A stretch of 64,000 nucleotides of DNA from Candidatus Nanoarchaeia archaeon (GCA_028279655.1 JANQNH010000007.1:35338-99337), one strand, 5' to 3'. Shown: positions 29,173 through 40,188, counted from the stretch's first letter. Numbers and translations are program-made. The notes: a model not told the origin generated them from the sequence alone.

Positions 29173-29219
29173 ATCCAGATTACCATAAGATATTACCATA
29201 CAATTAGTGAGGTATTACA

Positions 29220-29645
29220 ATGGCAATTAAAAAAGGAGACAAGATAAAGGTACATTACACCGGCACCTTAGATGATGGTACAGTTTTTGACACATCTGAA
29301 GGCAAGGATCCTCTTGAGTTTGAGGTAGGGACTAGGAAAGTCATCAAAGGATTTGACGATGCTGTTATAGGCATGGAAAAAGGGAAGGAAAAGGAAGTAA
29401 AGCTTAAACCAGAAGATGCCTATGGACCGCAAAACGCAATGCTATTGAAGAAGGTTCCAAGATCCAAGCTTCCTCCAGAGCCAGAACCAAAGGTAGGAAT
29501 GATGCTGGCATTATCCTCTCCTGACGGTCAGCAGATCCATGCAAGGATATCAGAAGTGACTAAGGAAGAAGTCACAATTGATCTCAATCATCCTTTGGCA
29601 GGAAAGAACCTGACCTTTAAGATAAAGGTTATAGATACAGCTTGA
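29220..29645 (+). CDS. slyD: FKBP-type peptidyl-prolyl isomerase (SlyD-like)
   Basis: HYTGTLDDGTVFDTS, DAYG, DLNHPLAGK. Confidence 0.93.
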   Translation: MAIKKGDKIKVHYTGTLDDGTVFDTSEGKDPLEFEVGTRKVIKGFDDAVIGMEKGKEKEVKLKPEDAYGPQNAMLLKKVPRSKLPPEPEPKVGMMLALSSPDGQQIHARISEVTKEEVTIDLNHPLAGKNLTFKIKVIDTA

Positions 29646-29669
29646 TTATATTTCTTGATTTTTTGTTTT

Positions 29670-30386
29670 TTATGTATTCCACACATACACATATATCTTA
29701 TTGTGCATTTCCTCACAAGCTTCCTTATATCTAGCAAGAGGATTTCTAAGTTTTTCAAATGCTGCCCCCACTTCATTTATCTCATCCAATCCATCCAAAA
29801 GTGCAAGATATATCTCTGCTTCAGTTTGAGTCTGCTCAAGCACAGCACCATTATCATCACCATTATCCTGTCTAAACTCTAGTTTGTTCTCTAATCCATT
29901 CACTTCCTCTGTTACTCTCCTGATAGCATCAATCGCAGTGTCAATAAACCCTCTTGTTACTTCATAATCTTTAGATATCCAATCCTCACTTACATCCTCT
30001 GCCTCCACTACCCCTTTCTCATCCGAAAAAGAAGTAATACGGATAAGTGTCCTGCCAGAATATAAATCGTTACGATTATCCGATTTTAATAGCAGCTCAT
30101 TTCCATCAGGCATTTTTGCAGAGTATTCATCTCCAAATCCACTTTTTTTAGTTAACGAACGGTAATCATACTGACCGGGCTTAAAATTATATAACTCAGG
30201 ATTAAGAATTAGTCCTACTGGATAATCAATAGATGGAGCAACATACTCTTCCGCTGGTTCAGTATCTTGCACATCATCAGCAGCCCTTTGTCTAGCTAAT
30301 TCCTGCTTCCATTGCTTGCCTTTTCTAGTTCTGCTACGTACATCATCAAGATGCTTTCTTTCTGCCCTATTCTTCTTCTGTCTGAT
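29670..30386 (-). CDS. Hypothetical protein (probable ATC start)
   Basis: Frame is open 38 codons beyond the track start GTG 30272, to ATC at 30386, 5 nt after a GGTGA SD. Confidence 0.6.
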   Translation of the reverse strand: MRQKKNRAERKHLDDVRSRTRKGKQWKQELARQRAADDVQDTEPAEEYVAPSIDYPVGLILNPELYNFKPGQYDYRSLTKKSGFGDEYSAKMPDGNELLLKSDNRNDLYSGRTLIRITSFSDEKGVVEAEDVSEDWISKDYEVTRGFIDTAIDAIRRVTEEVNGLENKLEFRQDNGDDNGAVLEQTQTEAEIYLALLDGLDEINEVGAAFEKLRNPLARYKEACEEMHNKIYVYVWNT

Positions 30387-30498
30387 TCAAATCACCAACC
30401 TAGAAGAACGAATATCTATTTTTAAACCTTTCCCCCAACACATTTATATACCCCAAAGCATTTCCAAGGCCTGAAAAGAGGTTCTTTATAGATTAAAA

Positions 30499-32799
30499 AT
30501 GATAAAGAAACAATTAGAAAACCTAGCAAGTCTTCAGAGGAAACACCCTATTCCCATAATCCTCATTGTATTGACCATAACCCTGTTCCTTGGCTATTAC
30601 GCTTTAAGGGTTGAGACAGACTCCTCCTTTGATGTTCTTTATAGGGAAGATTCAAACACAATAACCCTAGGTAGACTAGTATCGAGTGAATTTGGATCAA
30701 CCGACTCTTTGTTCATACTTGTATCTGTAGACAATGAAGCAAATGATATTGATAGAGTCCAGGATATAAGACACCCTGAAGTTCTTAGGGCAATGATCTC
30801 TTTACAGGAATCCCTAGAAACAGAAACAAGTGTCCACTCCACAATGTCCTTATCCTATGGTTTTCTACAGATGTATGGAAAACTCCCAGATACATTAGAA
30901 GAATCAAAGCAGATGATAGCTAATCTTCCCCAGGAGGTTAGGGAAGGCCCTTTAAACTCAATGCTAAGTAGGGATTTTAGCAATGCCTTAATAGCTGTTT
31001 CGATCAATGTAGAAAAGAAACCAGGGGCTTTGGAAAGGGTAGAAGCAACAGTACGGGATAAAGTACAACAAACCCCTTTCCCCATCGGAGTAAAAGCAAC
31101 TGTAACCGGTATGCCTATACTTATTAACCGAATAATGTGGTTTCTAATTAACGATAATATCAACACAATCGCACTAGCTGTAGTTGCTGTTTTCATAATT
31201 CTTTGGATATACTTCAGATCCTATAAGATTGCCTTCTTCAGCACAATACCTGTTATACTCACCCTAACCTGGCTTTCAGGTACATTATTCCTCCTAGATA
31301 TTAAAATTACAATGATCATAGCATCAGTAGGAGCTATGATGGTGGGCATGTCTGTTGATTATGCCATACATTTAACCCATTCCTATCACGAGCTGATAAA
31401 AAGAGGAGACGAAAAACCTGTAGAAAAGACAGTGGCAGGAGTAGGATCTGCCCTGGTCGCCTCTGTTGCAACAACCATTGCGGGATTCCTGGTCATGCTC
31501 CTTGGATCATCACCAATGGCAATAACCCAAGGAAAAGTCCTTTCAATTGGTATATTCTACGCATTCATAACTTCATTTATTGTCCTTCCGCCTCTAATGA
31601 TCCTGCAAAGAAGGTTCATATACTCCAGACTAGACGAAGTGGTATTTAAGATAAGAGGAAAACAAGAGGAGGAAAAGAAGAACATCATAGATATCTTCCT
31701 AAGCAAGTTAGCCTTGCTTCAGGTAAAAAGGCCTTATTTCATTATAGTGATAGTGGTAATCGCAACAATCCTGCTGGCAGGAGGGTTCGGCCTTGTCTAT
31801 ATGGACACAGAAGGAGAGAACTGGCTGCCTGAAGATGACGATGTTGTAGATTCCTTATTCACAATGGGTTATCATTTCGGAGGAACAGACTCCCAGAATG
31901 TCCTCTTCATGATAGAAAACAGACCGGTTATAGATCCTAATGAGATAAGGGATCTTAGAGATCCAAGGATCCTTAGACCCATGTCCACCCTGGACAGTTC
32001 CTTGAAGGAACTAAAATGGGTTGATGATATAGAATCCCCTACAGTCGCCATAAAGGAAGTAACGAGAAGGATACCTCAGGATATTGAGACAGTAAAGGAT
32101 CTAATAGAAAGAAATCCTCAGATCAAGAATCACTTCAACAAAGATTTCAGCATAGCCCTATACCAGGTTCAATTTACTACAGCAGATATTCCTGAATATT
32201 ATGAACTCCTAAGAGAAATCAATTCCATTCCATTCCCAAAGGAAATAAAGATTATACCTCAGGGAGGACAGGCAGATATGATTGAACTAGATGAATCCTT
32301 ATTAGGAGACACAATGAAAACAACAGTATTGGGTTTTGTAATAGTGATAATCCTAGCAGCTCTCTTCTATACTTCAATAGTTGCAGGATTCCTCGCATTC
32401 TTCCCAATAATATTCGCCATGATGTGGACAGTAGGTATAATGGGATACATCAACCTGCCATTTACTGTCCTGACAACTGGAATGCTTTCAATGCTCATGG
32501 GTATGGGCATTGACTTCTCCATCCACCTTATCCATAGCATCAAAGACCGGATAAAGGAATACAACTCAATAGAAAAAGCAGTACCAGAAGCTCTCCAAAG
32601 CACAGGTAAGGCAGTAGCAATTACGACGCTTACAACAGTAGTAGGATTCCTGGCATTAAGCTTCGCAGCTCTAGTTAACACAAAACGATTAGGCTGGACA
32701 CTTGCAGTTGGTATACTGGCAACCTTCTTTGCCTGCATACTCATAGTTCCAGCGATATTAACAATACAATATAGGATACAACAGAGGAAAAAGAAATGA
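30499..32799 (+). CDS. MMPL/RND-family transporter
   Basis: Two repeats with GMSVDYAIH / GMGIDFSIH, 12 TM. Confidence 0.93.
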   Translation: MIKKQLENLASLQRKHPIPIILIVLTITLFLGYYALRVETDSSFDVLYREDSNTITLGRLVSSEFGSTDSLFILVSVDNEANDIDRVQDIRHPEVLRAMISLQESLETETSVHSTMSLSYGFLQMYGKLPDTLEESKQMIANLPQEVREGPLNSMLSRDFSNALIAVSINVEKKPGALERVEATVRDKVQQTPFPIGVKATVTGMPILINRIMWFLINDNINTIALAVVAVFIILWIYFRSYKIAFFSTIPVILTLTWLSGTLFLLDIKITMIIASVGAMMVGMSVDYAIHLTHSYHELIKRGDEKPVEKTVAGVGSALVASVATTIAGFLVMLLGSSPMAITQGKVLSIGIFYAFITSFIVLPPLMILQRRFIYSRLDEVVFKIRGKQEEEKKNIIDIFLSKLALLQVKRPYFIIVIVVIATILLAGGFGLVYMDTEGENWLPEDDDVVDSLFTMGYHFGGTDSQNVLFMIENRPVIDPNEIRDLRDPRILRPMSTLDSSLKELKWVDDIESPTVAIKEVTRRIPQDIETVKDLIERNPQIKNHFNKDFSIALYQVQFTTADIPEYYELLREINSIPFPKEIKIIPQGGQADMIELDESLLGDTMKTTVLGFVIVIILAALFYTSIVAGFLAFFPIIFAMMWTVGIMGYINLPFTVLTTGMLSMLMGMGIDFSIHLIHSIKDRIKEYNSIEKAVPEALQSTGKAVAITTLTTVVGFLALSFAALVNTKRLGWTLAVGILATFFACILIVPAILTIQYRIQQRKKK

Positions 32800-32827
32800 A
32801 ATATTTCTGAAGCCTCGGAGGAAAAAA

Positions 32828-34117
32828 ATGAACAAAATAAAAACAACCCTTTTTTTGGTGCTTGCATTGATCTGCACCACATCAGTCAGCGCACTTGACA
32901 TAAGTGTGAATGACTACGATCCAAGACCAGCAGAAGCAGGAAAAGCTGTTAATGTTTGGTTTAAGATAGATAATCCAAGCAATGATGCTGAAGATAACAT
33001 ATTTGTAGAGATCATCCCAAAAGACGGATTAAAGCTAACACCCGGTGAGCCCTCAAGAAAATCAGTAGGTATAATATCAGCTCGTGGTTCCCAAGTAGTC
33101 CAATTCCGTTTGCTCGTAGAAGACAATGCATTTAAAGGATCCCATGTCATTGAGACAAGATTATCACGAGGTATAAGTGCTGAATTAAAAAGAGACCTTA
33201 CCATAGAGGTAACGGATAAGGACTTCAAGAACGTAAACCTGGAAGTAGGAGACATTGAATCAGACCCATCAAGGATAAAGCCTGATGACGAGAACGTAAA
33301 GCTGGAAGTTACCATACAGAACCTAGGAGATGGTAAGGCTCAGGGAGTAAAAGCAGAATTGATTGGCCTTCCAGAAGGAATAACCCTATCAGAGAGCTAC
33401 TCAGGATCTTCATTATTGGGGAATATAGAAGCAGATTCGACCTCACAAGCTACCTTCTATATAGACGTAGACAAGACAACACAGCCAAAAGAACATCAGG
33501 CGACAATAAAGACGACCTACAAGTTTAAACCAGATGAAGAAGAGGATGATTATGAGTTCGAAGAAGTAGAGATTCCACTGAAGATAGCAGTAAAAGCCGT
33601 CCCAATCTTCAATATCACAAAAGCAGAGCTGTCCCAGGAAATCCTAAAAGCAGGAGACAGAGACATAAGGCTCAGGATAACCGTCCAGAACATCGGAGAA
33701 GAGGAAGGTGAATCAGTAAGGATCAAGGCCTACGGAAAGACTGAGCAGCCATTCTCCTTTGATAAGTCCTCTGACTTCATAGCCCCATTGTTAGAGCCAG
33801 GAGATGAAGGCCAGGGTACATTAGAATTCAAGATAGATGACGAGGCCAATCTCCAGAAGTACTATCTGGATATAGAGCTAAAGACAGTTGTGAATGACGA
33901 TGTGCTTACCTATGCTGAAAAGATACCAATAACAGTGTCAAAAGCAAAGCCAAACAACCCATGGAGGGCAGTCAGCATAGGGGTTGTATTGATAGCAGCA
34001 TTCATAGGATGGAGAGTCTACAGGAGAAGGAAGGCAAAGAAAAAGCCAGAGGCAAAGAAGGTAGAGAGCAGCTACGGAGAGAGCTACCTGAAAAAGATCT
34101 CCAAAGGAAAGAAATAA
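32828..34117 (+). CDS. COG1361 S-layer/CARDB-like secreted protein with C-terminal anchor
   Basis: Signal peptide, repeated I.N.G...A..V Ig-like domains, C-terminal TM plus basic tail; usual MMPL partner in archaea. Confidence 0.8.
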   Translation: MNKIKTTLFLVLALICTTSVSALDISVNDYDPRPAEAGKAVNVWFKIDNPSNDAEDNIFVEIIPKDGLKLTPGEPSRKSVGIISARGSQVVQFRLLVEDNAFKGSHVIETRLSRGISAELKRDLTIEVTDKDFKNVNLEVGDIESDPSRIKPDDENVKLEVTIQNLGDGKAQGVKAELIGLPEGITLSESYSGSSLLGNIEADSTSQATFYIDVDKTTQPKEHQATIKTTYKFKPDEEEDDYEFEEVEIPLKIAVKAVPIFNITKAELSQEILKAGDRDIRLRITVQNIGEEEGESVRIKAYGKTEQPFSFDKSSDFIAPLLEPGDEGQGTLEFKIDDEANLQKYYLDIELKTVVNDDVLTYAEKIPITVSKAKPNNPWRAVSIGVVLIAAFIGWRVYRRRKAKKKPEAKKVESSYGESYLKKISKGKK

Positions 34118-34142
34118 ATATTCTTTCTCTTTTTTTATTTCT

Positions 34143-34529
34143 ATGAGAACCATCACAAGAAAGCAGATAGAATCCAAACTAAGAACAATAAACCTGCCAA
34201 GATTCGACCTTATAGTTGCAATAGCAAATGATGGGATAAAACCAGCAGAGATACTAAAAAAACATCTCAGCATACCTGTAGAGACATTATATCTGAACTA
34301 TAGGGACGAGAGGAATAGACCGATAAGGGATGAACCAGAACTAACAAGGCCATTTAAGGAGATAAAAGACAAGAACATACTTATAGTAGATTCTATATCA
34401 AAGACAGGAAAGACACTGGAAAAGGCAAAACATATTCTCAAAAACAACAGCATAAAGACATTTGTTATAAACGGAAAAGCAGATTATTCCTTGTTTGACT
34501 ATGAGGAATGCATTGACTGGGATTGGTGA
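34143..34529 (+). CDS. Type I phosphoribosyltransferase-family protein
   Basis: IVAIANDG, ILIVDSISKTGKTL (degenerate PRPP loop). Confidence 0.85.
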   Translation: MRTITRKQIESKLRTINLPRFDLIVAIANDGIKPAEILKKHLSIPVETLYLNYRDERNRPIRDEPELTRPFKEIKDKNILIVDSISKTGKTLEKAKHILKNNSIKTFVINGKADYSLFDYEECIDWDW

Positions 34530-34568
34530 TATAGCAAGTTTTTTAAAAAACTCCTTTTTTCCATTTGT

Positions 34569-35003
34569 ATGGAAAATGAAATCCTGATCCAGACAGTTTC
34601 AGAAAGATTAGAATCAATAATAGACAGATATGCTTCTAATTCAGATTATTGTAGGATAAAGAAAGGTGAGCCATGGGGATATGGTGCAGGCAAACAGATC
34701 CTATGGACATTGCCTTATGAACCTGTTGGAGCATCCTGTAGTATCTCCTTCAGATACTATGTTGAGGATAAGTTATTTGGGATAAGCGGAAAAAGGACAG
34801 AGTTCAGTAAAAGGGACCCAGAGGAAAAAAGAAAAGACATGGATGAAGCGCTTGAGGTATTGGAACAAAGAATAAGAGAGATCCCTTATGAATGGAAAAA
34901 GATATTTAAACCACGACTAGGAGGGAAAGATCCACCTAAATACATTGATGATTTACGTAAGATTGTTCAAGCACGTAAAGCTGAAATTATGCAGGAAGAC
35001 TAA
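34569..35003 (+). CDS. Hypothetical protein
   Basis: 144-aa ORF with TATA upstream. Confidence 0.65.
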   Translation: MENEILIQTVSERLESIIDRYASNSDYCRIKKGEPWGYGAGKQILWTLPYEPVGASCSISFRYYVEDKLFGISGKRTEFSKRDPEEKRKDMDEALEVLEQRIREIPYEWKKIFKPRLGGKDPPKYIDDLRKIVQARKAEIMQED

Positions 35004-36319
35004 TCAAAGAACTCTTTATGCAGGACCTTAACCGCCTTGTCTGCATCTTTCTTATCAACTATAAAGCTGACATTTATCTCGTAAGCTCCCTGTGATATCA
35101 CTTCTACATTTACGTTCTCTTTTCCCAATGCAGAGAATATCCTTCCTGACACCCCGGGAACATTGCTCATCCCCTCTCCTACAACACTCACTATGGATTT
35201 ATCCTTAAATATCTCTACATCAGCCACCCCTTCTAGATCCTCCTTGATCTTATCCAGATCGGCATCATCATCCACAGTAAGAGAGACACTGACCTCAGAA
35301 GTAGATACCATGTCTATGCTCTTCTTGTAATCCTCAAACACAGAGAATATCCTTGACAAAAAACCATAAGCCATAAGCATCCTGGTACTTACAATATGGA
35401 TTAGGGTAATGCCTTTCTTGCAGGCGATAGCCTTGATTATGTCCTTTGTCTTTTCAACCTTCCCAACTATAGTTGTGCCTTTATTTGAAGGTTCAAAGGA
35501 ATTAAGTACCTTGACAGCAAGGTTCTTCTTTATGGCTGGCCATATGGTTTTAGGATGCAAGACTCTTGCTCCAAAATAAGCCAGCTCAGAAGCCTCGTTA
35601 AAACTTACTTTATCGATTGTCCTGGCCTTTTTCACAACCCTGGGATCTGCAGTTAGTATCCCATTAACATCAGTCCATATCTCAGTAACATCTCCCAATG
35701 CAGCACCCAATATTGCTGCAGTATAATCACTTCCACCTCTCCCCATTGTAGTGATATTTCCAGCAGTATCCTTACCTATGAATCCAGTTACTACTGGTAT
35801 CTCCTTTACCTTTGCAAGCTCCATTGCTATCTTCTCTTCAGTATCAGGCAATGGTTCTGCCTTCCCGTAATCAGGTGTAGTTATCATACCTATATCAAAG
35901 GCATCAAAAGCCTTTGCCTTGATCCCTATCTTACTAAGATAAGCAGCAACGATCCTTACTGACATCCTTTCCCCATAACTCTGTACCTCATCCATAAGCT
36001 CAGGATTAGTAAGTTTCATCTCAAATATTTTGTCAACCACCTTATTGTAGCCTTCCAGCTGCTCGTCAACCAGCCCCCCCTCTAATCCAAGCTCCTTTAA
36101 GGTAGAATTGTGTTTTTCTCTCAATTCCTTAAGTTCCTTGCTCACATCCTCACCACTAGCAGCAGCTTTTGCAGTATCTATCAGCTTATCTGTGATTCCT
36201 TTCATAGCAGAAAGAACCACAACAGGCTTCTCGTCTAGTTTGCTCTTGATGATATCACAAACATTCTTTATCCTATCAGAATCACCTACAGAACTCCCTC
36301 CAAACTTCATAACTACCAT
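35000..36319 (-). CDS. lysC: Aspartate kinase
   Basis: KFGGSSV, GERMS, GRGGSDYTA, ADPRVV, two ACT domains. Confidence 0.97.
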   Translation of the reverse strand: MVVMKFGGSSVGDSDRIKNVCDIIKSKLDEKPVVVLSAMKGITDKLIDTAKAAASGEDVSKELKELREKHNSTLKELGLEGGLVDEQLEGYNKVVDKIFEMKLTNPELMDEVQSYGERMSVRIVAAYLSKIGIKAKAFDAFDIGMITTPDYGKAEPLPDTEEKIAMELAKVKEIPVVTGFIGKDTAGNITTMGRGGSDYTAAILGAALGDVTEIWTDVNGILTADPRVVKKARTIDKVSFNEASELAYFGARVLHPKTIWPAIKKNLAVKVLNSFEPSNKGTTIVGKVEKTKDIIKAIACKKGITLIHIVSTRMLMAYGFLSRIFSVFEDYKKSIDMVSTSEVSVSLTVDDDADLDKIKEDLEGVADVEIFKDKSIVSVVGEGMSNVPGVSGRIFSALGKENVNVEVISQGAYEINVSFIVDKKDADKAVKVLHKEFFD

Positions 36320-36375
36320 TATATTTAAGAAAACTTAGAGCTTATTTAAAAATGTTATGGTATAATAATAACAAT

Positions 36376-37932
36376 TCAGACCTTCTTAAGAAGATCGACT
36401 ACTCTCTCCTTACCTAATGTAAGGATAAAAGGTGCAAGCTTAGGCCCCCTGTCCTTATCGATAAGCACATTATAACATATCTTAAAGAAATGCTTAGGAT
36501 CCATATCGCTGCCTTTAGCAATGGTGTAGAATTCCTCATACAACAGCTTCTCCTCTGGTTTATCATGCTTCTCAAGATAGTTCAGTAGTTTGTTTAGGGC
36601 ATTTTTCTCATTAACACCAAGTTTAGCCTTGACTTCCTCCTGAACATGGAACCTCATAGCTTCCGGAGCATACTTAGATATCCAGTTAGCGGCACATTCG
36701 ACCCTTACCCTCAACCTATCAATATCTCCTTTGCCCTTAACATTATAGCTCTCCTTTATCTTGCTGAAATCGTTCTCATATATCTGCACCACATTGCATA
36801 GGTGCCTGAAGGAGGGCTGAAGAGGCATCTTGGGTTTGGGCTTTTCAACACAACTTAGCTCATAGATACGCTTCTGTTTCCTATACTCTTTATCATCAAC
36901 CTTCTCTTTCTTGTAATATATCCTCTCACACTTATCAAAATCCTCATATATCTTTATGACATCCAGATCAAACGAGATAGCAAACTCTGTTCCAGGCTTA
37001 GTACCCGCAAAAAGGTATCTGATAATCTCAGGTTCATACACCTGCAGAACATCAGGCAATGTAGTTATATTCCCCTGTGAACTTGAGAATTGGCCCCCTC
37101 CCTTGATACCAATCCAGCCAAAGCCAAAACCAAGTGCATATTCTATATCGTAGACCTCCCTAGCAAGCAACCTTGCTGTATGAAACACACCTCCTGCTGC
37201 ATAATGGTCTTTTCCTGCACTCTCAAAATCAATATCCTTATAATTCCAGAAAGCAGGAACCTGTATCCTATACTTGAATTTAGCCAGTCCTTTTTTTCTG
37301 AAATCAAATTCCTTCCATTTATCCCCAAACCCCTTATATTTCAGGACATAACCGCCAGGATACTCAATCTCAGATACCTCCTCCCTTGTATCTTCGTCAT
37401 ATATAGATACAGGGAGCCAGGAATCAGCCAGTTCTTCTTTCCTAAACCTGTTCAGAACATCCTTGATCTTATCAGTATTCTCAAGTGCTATCTTCATCTC
37501 CTCTGCCATAACACACTTTTCATACTGGACGCTGTTTCTTATTATGGTAGGACTCAGTCCGACTACAGGAAGGTACTGTTCAAAATCAGCGATATGATAC
37601 TCAGCATAGTTCTTATGCTTTGTATCAAAGATGTTTGGGACCTCTGTCAATGGTTTCCTTAATGCCCTCTTCAGCATATCCTGCTTTGGCATGTTCTTAG
37701 GGACCTTCCTGAAAACATCGTAATCATCCCAATAGTGATAATGAATACCTTTCTTTCCCTTGTCATTTATCGCCCTTGCTATAAAATCACCCATGATAAA
37801 CTCCCTAAAGTTACCGATATGCAGCGTACCTGAAGGGGTTGCACCAGTAGCTATCCCATACTCCTTCTTATCCTTTCTCTTTATTATCTTATCCGCTGTC
37901 TGGTCAGCCCAATGCATTGATTCATCCGTCAT
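36376..37932 (-). CDS. lysS: Lysyl-tRNA synthetase, class I
   Basis: MHWAD, TPSGTLHIGN, GKDH, FSSSQG (KMSKS equivalent), GPKLAPF. Confidence 0.96.
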   Translation of the reverse strand: MTDESMHWADQTADKIIKRKDKKEYGIATGATPSGTLHIGNFREFIMGDFIARAINDKGKKGIHYHYWDDYDVFRKVPKNMPKQDMLKRALRKPLTEVPNIFDTKHKNYAEYHIADFEQYLPVVGLSPTIIRNSVQYEKCVMAEEMKIALENTDKIKDVLNRFRKEELADSWLPVSIYDEDTREEVSEIEYPGGYVLKYKGFGDKWKEFDFRKKGLAKFKYRIQVPAFWNYKDIDFESAGKDHYAAGGVFHTARLLAREVYDIEYALGFGFGWIGIKGGGQFSSSQGNITTLPDVLQVYEPEIIRYLFAGTKPGTEFAISFDLDVIKIYEDFDKCERIYYKKEKVDDKEYRKQKRIYELSCVEKPKPKMPLQPSFRHLCNVVQIYENDFSKIKESYNVKGKGDIDRLRVRVECAANWISKYAPEAMRFHVQEEVKAKLGVNEKNALNKLLNYLEKHDKPEEKLLYEEFYTIAKGSDMDPKHFFKICYNVLIDKDRGPKLAPFILTLGKERVVDLLKKV

Positions 37933-38078
37933 AAAAAGAAGATTATTTCGTGGTTTATATAAAGATTATGGTTGGTCCTTACAGTAGAAACAGGATTTTT
38001 CCTGGTTTATAGCCATTCCAGAATAGTAAAGATAGAAAAGTATTTAAGTAAAAGAAAATTTTTCAAATCAGAGGGGGA

Positions 38079-40067
38079 ATGACTTTAACTGACTTATTGG
38101 ACAAAGAATATGCAATTAAATTTGTTACAGGGGATAAGGGTAAGTTTGAATGGGGAACCAAACCAAGCGAATTCAAGGCTCTTGTAGATAGGGTAGGAAT
38201 GGAAGCCCTGGTCCTTGGCGGGGATCCAGGCGGAACAAATTTTGACTGGGGACTATATCTTGAAGATAAAAAAGGAAAACTTCACCTCCTGGCATACAAT
38301 AGGGTTCCTCATGGTTATGACAAGGATAAGCCAAAGGAAACTGCACTTCCTTCTTTTCTAAAGGTGATAAACACCTTCTGGGGTGTTGCCCATTTCGCTG
38401 AACAATACTATAATGAGATAGATGCAGATTTCAAACCATTGAAAACAGGAAACTCCATACCAGGAGTTATTGAGGATTATGGTACTAGGTGGGTATCTAC
38501 GAACACACCAGAGTGGCAGAATCTTGAAGATCAGGTAGGGGGAGCCAAAGAGTTCTTCTATCCACATGGTGATGAAACAGCTATAGACATCAGAGGTATG
38601 ATAACAAGCCTAACACATTCTGAAAATAAAACCCAATTATTCAGCGAATTCCGGGCTTACAATGATCTTCGGGCAAACGGTGCAAGAGAAGCCTACCACG
38701 AAGATGGACCAGCTAGAGATGCTGCTCTTTCAATAACCGAGATGATGGGCACTGGAACAAACCTGGCTGTTTACCACATTACTCCTGATGGAAAACTTGT
38801 TGGCCATAATGCAGAGGCAGGATGGGGTGCTTATTTCGGGCGTTATATAACTGAAAAAGTTGCTCTGGAAACAATGGTTAACGATAAAGATACAAAACAG
38901 TATGAAAAGGTAGAAGCGTATGCATGGGAAGAGATAAGATCAGGAAGAGGGTGTGCAGCAGCTCTCAAATTCATGGTTGATGATGAGCTAAAGAAACAAT
39001 CAGATAATGTAGAGCATATATTCAGCCTAAAACCAAAGGATCAACCAGAAGCAATATCTATTGCTGCCCTTGAGGGAGACGTGGCATGCAAAGAAGCGTT
39101 CAATTACATAGGAGACGCAACAGGCGCATTCCTTTATGGCAGAGATAAGATATTCAAAAATCCAAAGATAGTCCTAACCCAGAACATCTACACAAAGAAT
39201 CTTGATCTGATTGCGCAAGGCCTAGTGCTGGGTTATCTTGATTGCATGGAAGATGAAGAGATCAGACCACTATATGAATCATACTTCGGTGGGGCTGCCA
39301 ATGGCCCGGGAGCAGATCTAAGAGAAACGTTAAAACAATCTATTACAGAAAGGAATATGGGTGAACCAGGTGCGGGAGAAGCATTAATAAGCAAGTTCTT
39401 CAATGGAAGGATATCTATCGATCCAGGAACAAAGACCTCCTTGGAGGGAGCAGCACTCTTAGTTACAAAGCCATTATTAGAACAACAGGATAACTATGAA
39501 GAGCCTATGAATGCAAAAGGTACTGACTTCTCTTTTGTTATAGGAGAAAAAGAGATAACCCATAAGATAACATATCACACACCAGAAGATGAAGATGTCA
39601 CATTAGAAGGGAACATTGGGATTGTACCATTCCCAACAACAGAGGTAGAAGGCATAAAACAACCATTAAGCTGTTCCTATGAATCTAAGCAACCAATGAA
39701 GAACCTGATCAGATACAGAGATGTTGCTTCAATAGGAGGATTGATTAAGCTGTATGAATCAGAAACGGGTAAAGAACTTCCAGGAGAAGTAAAAACTCAA
39801 AATGCTCAGTTCATATTAAATCATCACGACGGCACTGATAATTTACGTGATGCTACAAAAAAATGGGCAAATGCTGTTGGCTATACACTAAGAGAGGTAG
39901 CAATACAGTTCAACTACAGCAGCGACAAAAGACTTGATGTTAAAATGGAAGGACTAGATATACCAGAACCTGTACAAGACATGATAAAGAAAGCATACCT
40001 CGATACTGCTTCTAACATAAAAAATGGCCTTGAGATGCATACAAAGAGCATAAGATACGCTGCATAA
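38079..40067 (+). CDS. Divergent glucokinase/ROK-fold sugar kinase with degenerate C-terminal repeat
   Basis: GDPGGTN, ND, MGTGTN, EAGW, WEEIRSGRG motifs. Confidence 0.6.
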   Translation: MTLTDLLDKEYAIKFVTGDKGKFEWGTKPSEFKALVDRVGMEALVLGGDPGGTNFDWGLYLEDKKGKLHLLAYNRVPHGYDKDKPKETALPSFLKVINTFWGVAHFAEQYYNEIDADFKPLKTGNSIPGVIEDYGTRWVSTNTPEWQNLEDQVGGAKEFFYPHGDETAIDIRGMITSLTHSENKTQLFSEFRAYNDLRANGAREAYHEDGPARDAALSITEMMGTGTNLAVYHITPDGKLVGHNAEAGWGAYFGRYITEKVALETMVNDKDTKQYEKVEAYAWEEIRSGRGCAAALKFMVDDELKKQSDNVEHIFSLKPKDQPEAISIAALEGDVACKEAFNYIGDATGAFLYGRDKIFKNPKIVLTQNIYTKNLDLIAQGLVLGYLDCMEDEEIRPLYESYFGGAANGPGADLRETLKQSITERNMGEPGAGEALISKFFNGRISIDPGTKTSLEGAALLVTKPLLEQQDNYEEPMNAKGTDFSFVIGEKEITHKITYHTPEDEDVTLEGNIGIVPFPTTEVEGIKQPLSCSYESKQPMKNLIRYRDVASIGGLIKLYESETGKELPGEVKTQNAQFILNHHDGTDNLRDATKKWANAVGYTLREVAIQFNYSSDKRLDVKMEGLDIPEPVQDMIKKAYLDTASNIKNGLEMHTKSIRYAA

Positions 40068-40100
40068 TAGAACACACAATAAACATCACCAAAAAAACAT

Positions 40101-40141
40101 GATCAGATCTTCAATCTCTTAATCCTTTCAGCAGTTTCTTT
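40101..40141. repeat. 41-bp direct repeat, copy 1 (orphan 3' end of the aminotransferase gene)
   Basis: 38/41 identical to 41111-41151. Confidence 0.9.
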
Positions 40142-40159
40142 CTTTTCCGAAACATTTAA

Positions 40160-40177
40160 ATAGAACAACCGTTCTAT
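40160..40177. promoter_or_regulatory. Inverted repeat ATAGAAC-N4-GTTCTAT next to TATA (candidate MNT-HEPN operator)
   Basis: Immediately after TTTAAATA, before ATG 40189. Confidence 0.55.
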
Positions 40178-40188
40178 AAATAAAACAC

